NCBI GenBank assembly: GCA_000830295.1
Contig: CP010425.1
Span: 1,038,952 to 1,102,951 of the forward strand
Reading direction: 5' to 3'
Source: an archaeon GW2011_AR15
GTDB taxonomy: Archaea > Nanobdellota > Nanobdellia > Woesearchaeales > GW2011-AR15
Length of the DNA stretch: 64,000 nucleotides
The stretch's first letter is position 1; each line of letters starts with the position of its first letter. The notes under the pieces were generated by a model. The model was given only the letters and a program-made list of their open reading frames with translations, was not told the origin of the DNA and ran no database searches. Shown piece by piece: positions 36,812-46,964 of this stretch. Both the position numbers and the translations under genes were made by a program.

Positions 36812-37259
36812 CAGGGAGGTAATATTCTTTCCCGTCAAATTTTGCAAAGGGGAGCTTTCCGTTTAGATAGCCCTCATATTCCTGCTGTGGCATTCGCCTC
36901 ATTAACAGTTTATCAGCTATATCTGTTGAATCTATCAGAAAAACAATATAATGCTCAGGGAAATTAGAGCAGATATAATCCATAATCTTCCCCGACAATT
37001 CTTCTCCCTGAGCAGCAAAATTTCTTATGGCTTCATTTCTTTCTTTCATGCCTAGTTTCTTATCCTTGTAGATAACCATAACCATGAATGTTAGAGTATC
37101 TAAAGAAAATCTTTCATTGTTCAACATCAGTTGGTAATCCTGATGAGTCAGTGAAGAAATATCAATGCGGGAGTTTAATCTCTTTGCTGAATCTAGGTTA
37201 TTCTTTATAACCAGAAACTCTGCTTCTAACCTTTCAATTGCTTTATCAATGTCGGGCAT
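36798..37259 (-). CDS. hypothetical protein (153 aa)
   Basis: The ORF is clean. I recognise no family. Confidence 0.5.
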   Translation of the reverse strand: MPDIDKAIERLEAEFLVIKNNLDSAKRLNSRIDISSLTHQDYQLMLNNERFSLDTLTFMVMVIYKDKKLGMKERNEAIRNFAAQGEELSGKIMDYICSNFPEHYIVFLIDSTDIADKLLMRRMPQQEYEGYLNGKLPFAKFDGKEYYLPASQS

Positions 37260-37430
37260 GTATAAAACTAAGAGGAGAACTTATTTAAAAATATTGCCAA
37301 TAAATCTCCATTTTAAATTAACGATACATATCATTCGGAAATGGGTTTTTCATTCTCGGGAGAGCTGAATACCACGGATTCAGAACCTTCCAGTTTGTTT
37401 TATATTTAAATTATAATGCAAAAGAAAAAA

Positions 37431-39377
37431 TCAGAGCTCAAACTTAAGCTCTTTGTTATTTATATTCTCTTTCAGTTTTTTTACCAGGAGTTCAGGCTTA
37501 ACCCCAAACTTAACCTGACCGTCAAGAGTCCTGAGAGCAACAGTATCATTTTCAACTTCCTTCTCTCCGATTGTAAGCATTATAGGTATTTTCCTGAGCT
37601 GGGCTTCCCTGACTTTCTTTGGTATTGATTCTGCCCTGTTGTCAAGCTCTACCCTGATGCCTGCTTCCTCAAATTCCTTTCTCAGCTTTTCTCCGTGTTT
37701 CTCCATTTTCTGTGAGATTGTCATTATAACAACCTGCACTGGTGAAAGCCAGACAGGGAACTTTCCTGCAAAATGCTCTATAAGGAAACCAATGAACCTC
37801 TCATGTGTCCCAAGCGGAGCCCTGTGGATTATTACAGGAGTGTGCTCTTTGCCGTCTTCTCCTGCATATTTCAGCTTAAATTTCTCTCCCATGAACAGGT
37901 CAATCTGGTTTGTGGAGGCTGTGAATTCCCTTCCAATAACTGACTTTATCTGGAAGTCAATTTTTGGGCCGTAAAAGGCCGCTCCGCCTTTTTCTACCTT
38001 AAATTTGACTCCTGATTTTTTCATGGCCTTCATCATAAGCTCTTCAGCTTCTCTCCACATTTTTTCATGACCATGATATTTATCACTGTTAAGGTCCCTT
38101 AATGCCAGCTCCATAGAATAGTCTGTTATTCCAAGTTTCTTGTAATAGTACTCATGCAGCTTTATCACATCAATGAATTCGTCAACAGCCTGCTCTTTTG
38201 TACAGTAGATGTGGGCATCATTCATATCCATGCCTCTTACCCTCATAAGCCCTGTGATTGCTCCGGACTGCTCATACCTGTGGCATGTACCGTATTCAGC
38301 CAGCCTTAATGGCAAATCCCTGTATGACCTTGTCCTTGCTGCAAAAATCTTGTGGTGGAAAGGGCAGTTCATCGGCTTGATATAGTATTTCTCACCGTCA
38401 ATATCCATAGGGCTGAACATGGATTCCTTATAATGCGGGAGGTGCTCTGATGTGTGGAAAAGCCCTTCTTTTGTTATTATAGGGGTTGTCACGCGCTTGT
38501 ACCCCCATTTCTTTTCAGTTTCTTTTGCCCAGTTCTCAAGCTCTTCCTTGATTATGTTCCCGTTTGGAAGCCATAGCACCAGTCCCGGCCCTATATCCTC
38601 ATCAATCTCAAAAATGTCCAGCTCTTTTCCCAGTTTCCTGTGGTCCCTTTTTTCAGCTTCAGCAAGCATCTCAAGGTGCCTGTTCAACTCTTTCCTGTCC
38701 TGGAAAGCAATTCCATAGATTCTCTGGAGCTGCTTGTTTTTTGAGTCCCCTCTCCAGTATGCGCTTGCCAGGCTCAAAAGCTTGATATGGCCGATCTTGC
38801 CTGTCGAAGAAACATGGGGTCCTCTGCACAGGTCGACAAAATCTTTTCCTGTCCAGTAAACAGTAACTTTTTCCCCTTTTTCTTTTATTTCAGAAAGCCA
38901 TTCTTCCTTGTACTTGTTGCCCTTGAAAAGTTTCTTTGCCTCATCCAGTGAAATCTCTTTCCTTACAATAGGAAGATCCTGATTAACCAGCTTAGCCATC
39001 TCTTCTTCTATCTTCTTGAAATCATCCGGAGTGAATTTTTTTGATGAATCAAAATCAAAATAGAATCCTTCTTCTGTCGCTGGGCCCATCGCCATCTCTA
39101 TTTTACCTGGCCAGAGATTCATCATTGCATGTGTAAGGACGTGCTCTGCTGAATGCCAGAGTGCTTTCTTGCCTTCCTGGTCCTTAAAAGTAAGTATGCT
39201 TATGCCTGCGTCGTTATTCATTGGCCTTCCAAGGTCCCATACTTCACCATTGACCTTAACTGCAAGGGCTGCTTTTGCTAGGCCTGTTCCAATAGATTCT
39301 GCTATTTCCTGTCCTGTAACTCCTTTTCTGTATTCCCTTTTTGATCCGTCTGGAAGCTGAATTTTTATGATTGGCAT
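37431..39377 (-). CDS. thrS: threonyl-tRNA synthetase (TGS domain, editing domain, class II core and anticodon-binding domain)
   Basis: The TGS N-terminus is IKIQLPDGSKREY. The editing-domain HSAEHVL is present, with class II motifs including FRHEQSG-like RYEQSGAITGLMRVRG and GGAAFYGPKID. Confidence 0.93.
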   Translation of the reverse strand: MPIIKIQLPDGSKREYRKGVTGQEIAESIGTGLAKAALAVKVNGEVWDLGRPMNNDAGISILTFKDQEGKKALWHSAEHVLTHAMMNLWPGKIEMAMGPATEEGFYFDFDSSKKFTPDDFKKIEEEMAKLVNQDLPIVRKEISLDEAKKLFKGNKYKEEWLSEIKEKGEKVTVYWTGKDFVDLCRGPHVSSTGKIGHIKLLSLASAYWRGDSKNKQLQRIYGIAFQDRKELNRHLEMLAEAEKRDHRKLGKELDIFEIDEDIGPGLVLWLPNGNIIKEELENWAKETEKKWGYKRVTTPIITKEGLFHTSEHLPHYKESMFSPMDIDGEKYYIKPMNCPFHHKIFAARTRSYRDLPLRLAEYGTCHRYEQSGAITGLMRVRGMDMNDAHIYCTKEQAVDEFIDVIKLHEYYYKKLGITDYSMELALRDLNSDKYHGHEKMWREAEELMMKAMKKSGVKFKVEKGGAAFYGPKIDFQIKSVIGREFTASTNQIDLFMGEKFKLKYAGEDGKEHTPVIIHRAPLGTHERFIGFLIEHFAGKFPVWLSPVQVVIMTISQKMEKHGEKLRKEFEEAGIRVELDNRAESIPKKVREAQLRKIPIMLTIGEKEVENDTVALRTLDGQVKFGVKPELLVKKLKENINNKELKFEL

Positions 39378-39532
39378 GTGAATATCACCTTTTGAGTTTA
39401 TTAAACAAAAAGCAAGTATAAATATTTAACCACTGAGAGAATTAGTACGTTGCCGTTCTTGGCATAAGAATTAAGTGCAGGTAATCTAATAGATTGTTTG
39501 CTATCATGGGCCTAGATAAGCCTGTCTTATAT

Positions 39533-39754
39533 TTAAAATTTATGGCTAAAAAAATTATAGAGCAGAAAAAGCAGGCTCAGCACAATGCTGATAAGTATTG
39601 ATGTTGTAAGGGGAAAGTAAAACCTGAAATTCTCTTTTTCTATCTTTATATCTCCTGGAAGTGAGCCCAATCCAAGCTTGCTGCCGAACTGCCAGAGCAA
39701 TCCTGCAAGAATCAAAGCAATTCCTGCAATTATAAGAATGTTCGGGAGCTCCAT
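39533..39754 (-). CDS. DUF2905-family small membrane protein
   Basis: LGLGSLPGDIKIEKENFRFYFPLTTSILISIVLSLL fits DUF2905. The start was moved to MELPNI because the tracked N-terminus lies in the tRNA-Glu trailer repeat. Confidence 0.6.
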   Translation of the reverse strand: MELPNILIIAGIALILAGLLWQFGSKLGLGSLPGDIKIEKENFRFYFPLTTSILISIVLSLLFLLYNFFSHKF

Positions 39755-39765
39755 TTTGAAAAAAC

Positions 39766-39832
39766 TGCCTCGGCCGATATCCTCATTGCTCATTCGGAAA
39801 CCTGCCAGGCAATAAACTGCCTCGGCCGGGAT
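39766..39832 (-). repeat. 67-nt exact repeat, copy 2 (tRNA-Glu 3' end plus conserved trailer)
   Basis: The segment is identical to 7622-7688. Confidence 0.9.
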
Positions 39833-39933
39833 TTGAACCCGGGTCCCAGCATATCTTCCGTGAAGATGCCAGAGAATGCTGGCATTCTTGCGTCGAAAGT
39901 GCTGGATGATTGGCCGGACTACACCACCGAGGC
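39818..39933 (-). tRNA. tRNA-Glu(UUC) with an intron of about 39 nt
   Basis: The reverse complement reads GCCTCGG TG GTGTAGTCCGGCCAATCAT C CAGCA CTTTCGA[39 nt]TGCTG GGAC CCGGG TTCAAAT CCCGG CCGAGGC A. Confidence 0.8.
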
Positions 39934-40161
39934 TTATGTTTTATGACGTGCTGTTAAGTAAGTCTGATGAATTTTTACATGGTTTATAAAAGTTGCTGAA
40001 ATAAAAATTGTGTATTACTCTATCTTAAAAACCACTAAACCAATAATGTTTTCGAAAGATTTATAAATACTAAACTCCAGAAATATACTATTCGGGGGTG
40101 TAACCAGTAGGTTGCACTATCTAATCCGAGTTATGCAAATCAAAAAAAAGAGGTAACAAAA

Positions 40162-40668
40162 ATGAGAATCACAAAGGAAATATTAACGAAAACAACTGAA
40201 GAGGCCATAGGAGAGGATGCCATTCCACTGGTCTTCAAGCTTAAAGGCAGGGAAAACATCTCAGAATTCAAGCTGGCTGATGAGCTTAAAGTAGATGTCC
40301 ATCTTGTAAGGAATATCCTGTACAGGCTTAATAACTTCCATCTTGCCACATACATGAGGAAAAAGGACAGGCAGAAAGGATGGTATATAAGCTACTGGAC
40401 TCTCAATACAAAGAGATTTACGGAAGTCTATGAGAAGCTTCAGGTCAACAGGCTTGAAAACCTTAAAGAGAAGCTAAAGAAAGAGCAGGAATACAGGGAA
40501 GGTCTGTATATCTGCCCAAATTTATGCACAAGGATGAACTTCGAAAAAGCCATGGAAAACAACTATAAGTGCCCTGAATGCGGCTCCATACTTAATCCGC
40601 AGGATAATTCAAGGACAATCGAGCATCTCAAGAGCATGATTGCAGAGATGGAAGAAGTAAGTGCATAA
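40162..40668 (+). CDS. tfe: transcription factor E (TFE alpha, TFIIE-alpha homolog)
   Basis: An N-terminal winged helix (ISEFKLADELKVDVHLVRNILYRL) is followed by a C-terminal zinc ribbon (CPNLC...CPECG). Confidence 0.85.
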   Translation: MRITKEILTKTTEEAIGEDAIPLVFKLKGRENISEFKLADELKVDVHLVRNILYRLNNFHLATYMRKKDRQKGWYISYWTLNTKRFTEVYEKLQVNRLENLKEKLKKEQEYREGLYICPNLCTRMNFEKAMENNYKCPECGSILNPQDNSRTIEHLKSMIAEMEEVSA

Positions 40669-40871
40669 GCATTCCTTTTTCTTTTTATTACTCTTTAATT
40701 ACATCAAAAAGCAAGCTTTAAATATAAAATGCTATTACCCTTTTTCTATGCAAACAGGTCTTAACCCTATACTTCCGCCCCCTGTAATGTAATCATTGGC
40801 TTCTTACATCTTTAATGTTTTGTTTTGAAATTAGGATTTTTGCAATAAAGATTAAGCCAGAGCTGTACAAA

Positions 40872-41333
40872 ATGAAAACCGCAATAACGCATGAGGAACT
40901 GAAGCTGCTGATTTACCTCAGATTAAACTCAAGGGAAAAGCTCACTAAGCTTTCAAGAATAACACAAATCCCAGTGTCCACAATCCATGAAAAGCTCAGG
41001 CAGTTCAGTGAGGGGATTATAAGAAAGCACACAATAATCCTTAATTCTGAGGTTCTCGGCTATCCTATAAAAACCCATTCTGTCATAAAAGCTGATTCTT
41101 CTTCAAAGCAAAGTCTTGGTGAATTTCTGAAAAAACACGATAGCGTAAACAATCTCTATAAAGTCAATAATGGCTTTGACTATGTATTTGATGCATATTT
41201 TAAGGGCCTGAACGATGCAGAAGGGTTTTTTGATATTCTGGAGGAGAAGCACAAGGTAAAGAAGATAGAGACACATTATATACTTGATGAACTGAAGAGG
41301 GAAGGGTTCCTGAACAGGGAAGAAGTTATATAA
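40872..41333 (+). CDS. Lrp/AsnC-family transcriptional regulator
   Basis: The HTH is LTKLSRITQIPVSTIHEKLRQF, followed by a RAM-like domain of about 80 aa. The start was moved to MKTAITH. Confidence 0.78.
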   Translation: MKTAITHEELKLLIYLRLNSREKLTKLSRITQIPVSTIHEKLRQFSEGIIRKHTIILNSEVLGYPIKTHSVIKADSSSKQSLGEFLKKHDSVNNLYKVNNGFDYVFDAYFKGLNDAEGFFDILEEKHKVKKIETHYILDELKREGFLNREEVI

Positions 41334-41335
41334 AC

Positions 41336-41422
41336 TGCGTCCGCCGGGATTCGAACCCGGACACCCGGCTGTCTTTGCATAGGCTTGGAAGGCCGGAGTC
41401 ATAGCCATTAGACCACAGACGC
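41336..41422 (-). tRNA. tRNA-Gly(UCC) with an intron of about 15 nt
   Basis: The reverse complement reads GCGTCTG TG GTCTAATGGCTATGAC T CCGGC CTTCCAA[GCCTATGCAAAGACA]GCCGG GTGT CCGGG TTCGAAT CCCGG CGGACGC A. Confidence 0.78.
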
Positions 41423-41537
41423 ACAGGAGGTATAGAAAAATAAATCGTTTATTAATCTTATTGAAAATCACAGCCAAATCTGGTGTGAATTTTTATTATC
41501 ATAATGTTTATAAACTGACTGAATTTTCTTAGGCTCA

Positions 41538-41732
41538 ATGGGGCGTATAAAAACCAAAGCAGTGAAAAGAATCACTATGGAACTGGTTGAGAATCATTTC
41601 AGCGAGTTCAGTGAGGATTTCAACAAAAACAAAGGCATTGTAGAGATGCATACAGACATCCCATCAAAGAAGCTCAGAAACATAATCACGGGGTATGTTA
41701 CCAGGCTTGTCAAGTCCAGGGAAACACTCTAG
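41538..41732 (+). CDS. rps17e: 30S ribosomal protein S17e
   Basis: MGRIKTKAVKRITMELVENH...KKLRNIITGYVTRL matches the family. Confidence 0.9.
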   Translation: MGRIKTKAVKRITMELVENHFSEFSEDFNKNKGIVEMHTDIPSKKLRNIITGYVTRLVKSRETL

Positions 41733-41743
41733 GGTGATCAGAA

Positions 41744-42034
41744 ATGACAGAAAAGGATAATAGTATTTTTATCGGCGATAAGCCTTTTATGAACTATGTT
41801 ACAGGTGTAGTGATGCAGTTTACAACCAAGAATGCTGATGAAGTCATAGTCAAGGCACGTGGGAAGTTCATTGCGCGGGCAGTGGATGTTTCAGAGGTTG
41901 CATCCAAGAGATTTCTGAAAGAAAATGTCAAGGTAAAGGACGTAAAGATTGATTCCGAGGAATTTGAGAACAAGGAAGGGAAGCAGGTAAGGGTTTCCAC
42001 AATCGAGATTATCCTTGTAAAAAGCAGCAAATAG
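41744..42034 (+). CDS. albA: DNA/RNA-binding protein Alba
   Basis: IFIGDKPFMNYVTGVVMQF...VIVKARGKFIARAVDVSEV...VSTIEIIL matches the family. Confidence 0.9.
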   Translation: MTEKDNSIFIGDKPFMNYVTGVVMQFTTKNADEVIVKARGKFIARAVDVSEVASKRFLKENVKVKDVKIDSEEFENKEGKQVRVSTIEIILVKSSK

Positions 42035-42093
42035 ATTTTTTCTTGATGATATTAGTATAAACAAATTTATACTAGTTTATTTTTTAATTTCTT

Positions 42094-42167
42094 GGGCCTG
42101 TGGTGTAACCTGGATAGCACGTCTGGCTTCGGACCAGGAAATCGGGGTTCAAATCCTCGCAGGCTCA
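42094..42167 (+). tRNA. tRNA-Arg(UCG), the only intron-less tRNA in the window
   Basis: GGGCCTG TG GTGTAACCTGGATAGCAC G TCTGG CTTCGGA CCAGG AAAT CGGGG TTCAAAT CCTCG CAGGCTC A. Confidence 0.82.
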
Positions 42168-42213
42168 TCATTATTTAACAATATTTTTAAACGATGTTCT
42201 TTTCTCTCATTGT

Positions 42214-43647
42214 ATGGAAAATATCAAGCTCAGGAAGATCAATGATGTAACCTGGGAAATCCCTAAAGAAGGGGATATGAATGTTTCAGGAAGGATTTTC
42301 GTAAGTGAGAAACTTCTTGAGCTGATTAAAGAGGACAAGTCAATCCAGCAGGTAAAGAACGTGGCTGCAATGCCTGGCATCCTTAAGCATTCATTTGCAA
42401 TGCCGGATATGCACATGGGATATGGATTTTCAATAGGTGGAGTTGCTGCCTTTGATTCTGAAACTGGCATAATAACACCTGGAGGGATAGGTTTTGATAT
42501 AAACTGCGGTGTCAGGGTGCTTGCATCAAACCTCGGAAAAGAGGAGGTGCAGAAAAAGATTGATGAGCTTCTTGACCAGCTTTTCAAGAGGGTGCCTTGC
42601 GGTGTCGGCAGGGATTCGGAGATAAAGCTTGATGACAAGGAGCTTGAGCAGGTCATGCTGAAGGGTGCTAAGTGGGCAGTTGAAAAGGGATATGGGAACA
42701 AAGAAGACCTGCTGCACTGCGAATCAAACGGAGCGCTTGACTGGCCGAATCCGGGCAAAGTGAGCCAGAAAGCAAAGGCAAGGGGAAGAAAGCAGCTCGG
42801 GACGCTTGGGGCAGGCAACCATTTCCTGGAGATACAATTTGTAGATGAGATATATCAGCCTGAAGTTGCCAAAAAATTCGGCATAAAGGAAAAGGGGCAA
42901 GTTGTTGTTATGATACACTGCGGAAGCAGGGGATTTGGCCACCAGATATGTACAGATTATCTTAGAAAGATGGAGGATGAATATGCAAGCCTGATTGCAA
43001 AGCTTCCTGAAAAAGACCTTGCTTATGCGCCTTTCAAATCAAAGATCGGGCAGGACTACTTCGGGGCAATGGCATGCGCTGCAAATTTTGCCTGGGCAAA
43101 CAGGCACATAATAGGCCACCAGATAAGGGAATCATTCAAGAGGTTGTTTGAAAAGGCTGAATTAAAGACTGTTTATGATGTCGCGCATAACATAGCCAAG
43201 ATAGAAGAGCATGAAGTGGCTGGAAAAAAGCAGAAAGTTATAGTCCACAGGAAGGGCGCAACAAGATGCTTTCCTGCAAATCACCCTGAAATACCCGAGG
43301 CATACAGGGAAGTCGGCCATCCTGTGCTTATACCGGGCAGCATGGGAACTGCATCTTACATCCTTGTGGGAATGCCAGGAACAATGGATATTGCATTCGG
43401 AAGCACTGCCCATGGTGCAGGGAGGATAATGTCAAGGAAGCAGGCAAACCAGATGTTTACTGGAGAATCTGTAAAAAAAGAGCTTATGGGAAAAAATATC
43501 CATGTCAAAAGCGCTTCCTGGAGAGGTGTTTCAGAAGAGGCCCCCGGAGTCTACAAGGATATTGATGAAGTAATCAAGGTTACAGAAAAAGCAGGCATCA
43601 GCAGGGCTGTGGCAAGATTAAGGCCTATGGGTGTAATCAAAGGATAG
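42214..43647 (+). CDS. rtcB: RNA-splicing ligase RtcB
   Basis: PDMHMGYGFSIGGVAA, GGIGFDINCGVR, GAGNHFLE, HCGSRGFGH and HGAGR are present. The normal length implies no intein. Confidence 0.94.
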   Translation: MENIKLRKINDVTWEIPKEGDMNVSGRIFVSEKLLELIKEDKSIQQVKNVAAMPGILKHSFAMPDMHMGYGFSIGGVAAFDSETGIITPGGIGFDINCGVRVLASNLGKEEVQKKIDELLDQLFKRVPCGVGRDSEIKLDDKELEQVMLKGAKWAVEKGYGNKEDLLHCESNGALDWPNPGKVSQKAKARGRKQLGTLGAGNHFLEIQFVDEIYQPEVAKKFGIKEKGQVVVMIHCGSRGFGHQICTDYLRKMEDEYASLIAKLPEKDLAYAPFKSKIGQDYFGAMACAANFAWANRHIIGHQIRESFKRLFEKAELKTVYDVAHNIAKIEEHEVAGKKQKVIVHRKGATRCFPANHPEIPEAYREVGHPVLIPGSMGTASYILVGMPGTMDIAFGSTAHGAGRIMSRKQANQMFTGESVKKELMGKNIHVKSASWRGVSEEAPGVYKDIDEVIKVTEKAGISRAVARLRPMGVIKG

Positions 43648-43805
43648 GGACATTGTCCTGTCCGTTGTATTAGCAAGCATACCCTTCTATATAATTCATA
43701 CTACCCGGTAACTAAATTATCCGAAAACATTCCGGAATTTTACAAAATAGCCATTTAAAACTGGTTTTTCTACAGTATGCAAAAGGGGTATTGGAGGTAA
43801 TCAAA

Positions 43806-44237
43806 ATGGAAAAGCCAATATATGTAACTGTAGATGTGGGGAGTTATCAGGATAACCTTGTGAAAAGAGTAAGCGAGGACTATAAGAGCAAAACATTCGG
43901 CGAACTGCTTGAACATCTTACTAACAATGGTCCTGATGAATTAAATGAACTCGGGTATAATGCAAATGAAAAAGCAGTTGCTGAGATACTCGGACACAGG
44001 CTGTCAGAGGCAAACAGGAATCCTGGAAATGTCAATATATATGCAATATCAAATACAGAGCCGCCTGAGGAGATACATGTCAGCCTTTCAGATATAGTCT
44101 CTGATTACAACACCAGGATTATAAAGTATGATACAGAGCTCGGAGAAGGAGGAGAGGAGCTAAAATACCAGAGAATGGATTTTCTTGTGGTTGAGAATGC
44201 ATCAGGAGGCCTGAAATGGCAAGCCTACAAAGTATAG
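43806..44237 (+). CDS. hypothetical acidic protein
   Basis: The ORF is clean. I recognise no family. The ATG at 43806 is preferred. Confidence 0.5.
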   Translation: MEKPIYVTVDVGSYQDNLVKRVSEDYKSKTFGELLEHLTNNGPDELNELGYNANEKAVAEILGHRLSEANRNPGNVNIYAISNTEPPEEIHVSLSDIVSDYNTRIIKYDTELGEGGEELKYQRMDFLVVENASGGLKWQAYKV

Positions 44238-44692
44238 CTGCGAGAGGATTGACTGCTGGAATACTGGCACTAACCGCCACAGCATGCTCTCTCACAGACG
44301 CAAAGCTTGAAGTTATAGATAATCTCTACCAGAGCCTTCCTCAGGAAAACCGAAATGAATATGCAGCAGCCATGTTCCTGGATACAGACTACGATACACA
44401 GATTACAACGATAAAAGACATTGTTGACAACGGAGAGCTGCAGAGCAGCGACAATGCATATATAGGCGATAGTGTGCTGATGCATCTTATGCCTGAAGAA
44501 AGGACTGCAGTAATGGAGGCGATTATGGATAAATCAGACTATAACGTGCAGAGAGAACTTACTTTTTACGGAATTGAAAAACTGGATACCGGGGATTTAT
44601 TCCAGGCCGTGGCAAATTCAGGGGTAAACATATTGAGTGAATTTGGGAAGAAAGTGAAAGATGCCTACCAGTCTCTCTTCGGAGGAGACTAG
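44216..44692 (+). CDS. hypothetical secreted protein (possible lipoprotein)
   Basis: The N-terminal hydrophobic segment ends in LTATAC, a loose lipobox-like cysteine. Confidence 0.5.
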   Translation: MASLQSIAARGLTAGILALTATACSLTDAKLEVIDNLYQSLPQENRNEYAAAMFLDTDYDTQITTIKDIVDNGELQSSDNAYIGDSVLMHLMPEERTAVMEAIMDKSDYNVQRELTFYGIEKLDTGDLFQAVANSGVNILSEFGKKVKDAYQSLFGGD

Positions 44693-46014
44693 CTTCTGAT
44701 TATTGAAAGGATCTCTTCTCTCTTCTTTTCCATTAATTTTTTTGTGTCTGCCTCAAGGTTTAGGCGAAGATACGGCTCAGTATTGCTCGGGCGGACATTA
44801 AACCACCAGGAACCATATTCAACTGTAACACCATCAAGCCATGTTACCTCTGCATCTGAAAACCTCTCTGCAATCTCCCTCATCTTTCTTTCTTTGTCTT
44901 CAACTTGGGAATTTATCTCCCCGCTCTGGAAATATTTCCTGAGAGGAGCCACAAGTTCTGAGAGCTTCTTATTTTCTTCAGTCATCATCTCCAGCACTTT
45001 TATGATAACAAAGAAAGGGGCTTCTGCATAATGCTCATCCTCAAGATAAAAATGGCTGCTGAGCTCTCCTGCAAATTTTGCCTTCTCCCTTTTCATCTGC
45101 GCCTTGACAAGAGAATGGCCTACCATGCATCTTCCAGGTACCCCGTTGCTTATCTTGATAATATCCTCCACTGCTCTTGAGCATCTGACGTCATAAAGTA
45201 TTTTTCTTCCGGGCTCTTTTGCTAAAATTGCTTTGGCAACAAGCCCTATAATCATATCAGACTGGACAGTATTCCCTTTCTCATCCACAAATGCGCACCG
45301 GTCTGCATCGCCGTCAAAGGCTATGCCAATGTCTGCCTTATTTTTCAATACTGCTTCCTTAAGGTCATTCAGGTTTTCCTCTTTCAGCGGGTTGGCCTCA
45401 TGGTTTGGAAAATTCCCGTCTAATTCAGGAAACAGGTGTATAAGCTCAAGGCCCAGCTTTTTGAAAAATTTAGAAGCTGTTGGGCCTCCGACTGCATTTG
45501 CAGTGTCAGTTACAACCCTGAATTTTTTTAGTTTTTTCTTTAAGTAAGAAAGTGAGTGGGCTATATAGCTATCCATAACATTTAATTTCTCAACTTTCCC
45601 TTTTTTACCAGGCAGCTTGTCCGGCAGCCTGCTGACCATCTCCCCAATCTCGTAAATCCCTGTTTCCCCTCCTATTGGCACTGCATCTTTTCTAACCATC
45701 TTAATTCCATTATATTCCGGTGGGTTGTGGGAGGCGCTTATCATCAGGCCACCTTCATGGCCGTAATTCCAGACTGAGAAATACATCATAGGGGTAGTCA
45801 CAATGCCGATATCAACAACATTGCAGCCCTGGTCTGTTATTCCTTTCACAAGAGCCTTAAACAGGCTCGGGGAAGAAACCCTCACATCCCTGCCCACAGT
45901 CACTTTTTTCGGCCGGAACTTCAGGACATATGCCCTCCCTATCTTATAGACAATCCCCTCATCAATTGTTTCTTTATAGATGCCCCTGATGTCATAAGCC
46001 TTGAATATGCTCAT
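44689..46014 (-). CDS. phosphoglucomutase / phosphomannomutase / phosphoglucosamine mutase family
   Basis: FKAYDIRG is present, along with the active-site loop SASHNPPEYNGIK and the metal loop FDGDADR. Confidence 0.9.
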   Translation of the reverse strand: MSIFKAYDIRGIYKETIDEGIVYKIGRAYVLKFRPKKVTVGRDVRVSSPSLFKALVKGITDQGCNVVDIGIVTTPMMYFSVWNYGHEGGLMISASHNPPEYNGIKMVRKDAVPIGGETGIYEIGEMVSRLPDKLPGKKGKVEKLNVMDSYIAHSLSYLKKKLKKFRVVTDTANAVGGPTASKFFKKLGLELIHLFPELDGNFPNHEANPLKEENLNDLKEAVLKNKADIGIAFDGDADRCAFVDEKGNTVQSDMIIGLVAKAILAKEPGRKILYDVRCSRAVEDIIKISNGVPGRCMVGHSLVKAQMKREKAKFAGELSSHFYLEDEHYAEAPFFVIIKVLEMMTEENKKLSELVAPLRKYFQSGEINSQVEDKERKMREIAERFSDAEVTWLDGVTVEYGSWWFNVRPSNTEPYLRLNLEADTKKLMEKKREEILSIIRS

Positions 46015-46847
46015 TTTATCCCTTTCCACTCTTTTATTGCCTTTTCATATCTTTCAGGAGTGCCTGTGTCAAACCACTGGCCTGAGAAAATATAGCCAAA
46101 TAGCTTCTTGTCTTTTGCAAGCTTGGGGAATACATCCTCCTCATACATGGAAAACCCCTGGGGAATTGCCTTAAGGGCTTCGGGCTCCCATATTGACAGT
46201 CCTGAATTGATAAGGTTTGAAGGGGCTTTTCCGGGTGCAGGCTTCTCTACGAATTCAAGTATCCTGTTCCCCTCAAGCTTTGCAACGCCATATGCTGACG
46301 GGTCTTTTACTGTTGTCAGGGCAGCTGTAACAAGGGCATTATTGTGCTTGTGAAAATGATACATCTCCTCAATATCAATATCCTTAAGCTCATCGCCATT
46401 GGTCACAATAAATGTCTCGTTAAGCAGAGGGGCAGCCAGCTTTATTGCGCCTGCGCTCCCTAATGGTTCTTTTTCCTCAACATAAGTTATTTTTACCCCA
46501 AATCTTGAGCCGCTTCCGAAATACTCCTTTATCTTATCTGCCTTATACCCGACTGAGAAAACAAGGTCTGTTATATGGTATTTCTTGAAAAGCTCTATAA
46601 GATGCTCGGGAACTGTCTTTCCCTGCAGCGGAAGCAGGGCTTTTGGCATTTCATAGGTTATTGGCCTGAATCTCGTGCCTTTTCCTCCAAGAAGCAGCAG
46701 GGCTTTCTTCGGCCTGTTATTTCCCAAAACCCTGTGCAGGAACACCTCTATTGCATGGCTCCTGTTCTTCAGCTTCTTGCCATCTATTTCTTTATCCAGC
46801 AACTCCAATGTGTCTGTATCCAGTGTTATTGTCAGCCTTTCTTTCAT
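46011..46847 (-). CDS. sugar-phosphate nucleotidyltransferase with an N-terminal ribbon-helix-helix (CopG-like) domain
   Basis: The RHH segment is KERLTITLDTDTLELLDKEI...NRSHAIEVFLHRVL. It is followed by LLLGGKGTRFRPITYEMPKALLPL (the NTP-transferase G-loop). An ATGA start/stop overlap joins it to the mutase gene. Confidence 0.78.
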   Translation of the reverse strand: MKERLTITLDTDTLELLDKEIDGKKLKNRSHAIEVFLHRVLGNNRPKKALLLLGGKGTRFRPITYEMPKALLPLQGKTVPEHLIELFKKYHITDLVFSVGYKADKIKEYFGSGSRFGVKITYVEEKEPLGSAGAIKLAAPLLNETFIVTNGDELKDIDIEEMYHFHKHNNALVTAALTTVKDPSAYGVAKLEGNRILEFVEKPAPGKAPSNLINSGLSIWEPEALKAIPQGFSMYEEDVFPKLAKDKKLFGYIFSGQWFDTGTPERYEKAIKEWKGIK

Positions 46848-46964
46848 ATGGCATGAAAAACCCATCTAGAATATAAATCTTTTGAAAGTATGATGATGTA
46901 TGATAAACTATATAGTAGTTCTCCGCAAGATTATTAAAAGGAGAGTAAATTTTAAGCTGTTGTT

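Noticed and set aside
39960-40000. A possible C/D-box sRNA (CTGATGA ... CTGA) upstream of tfe.
   Set aside because: Only 25 nt separate the putative C and D boxes. There is no room for C'/D' boxes or two guide regions, and there is no terminal stem.
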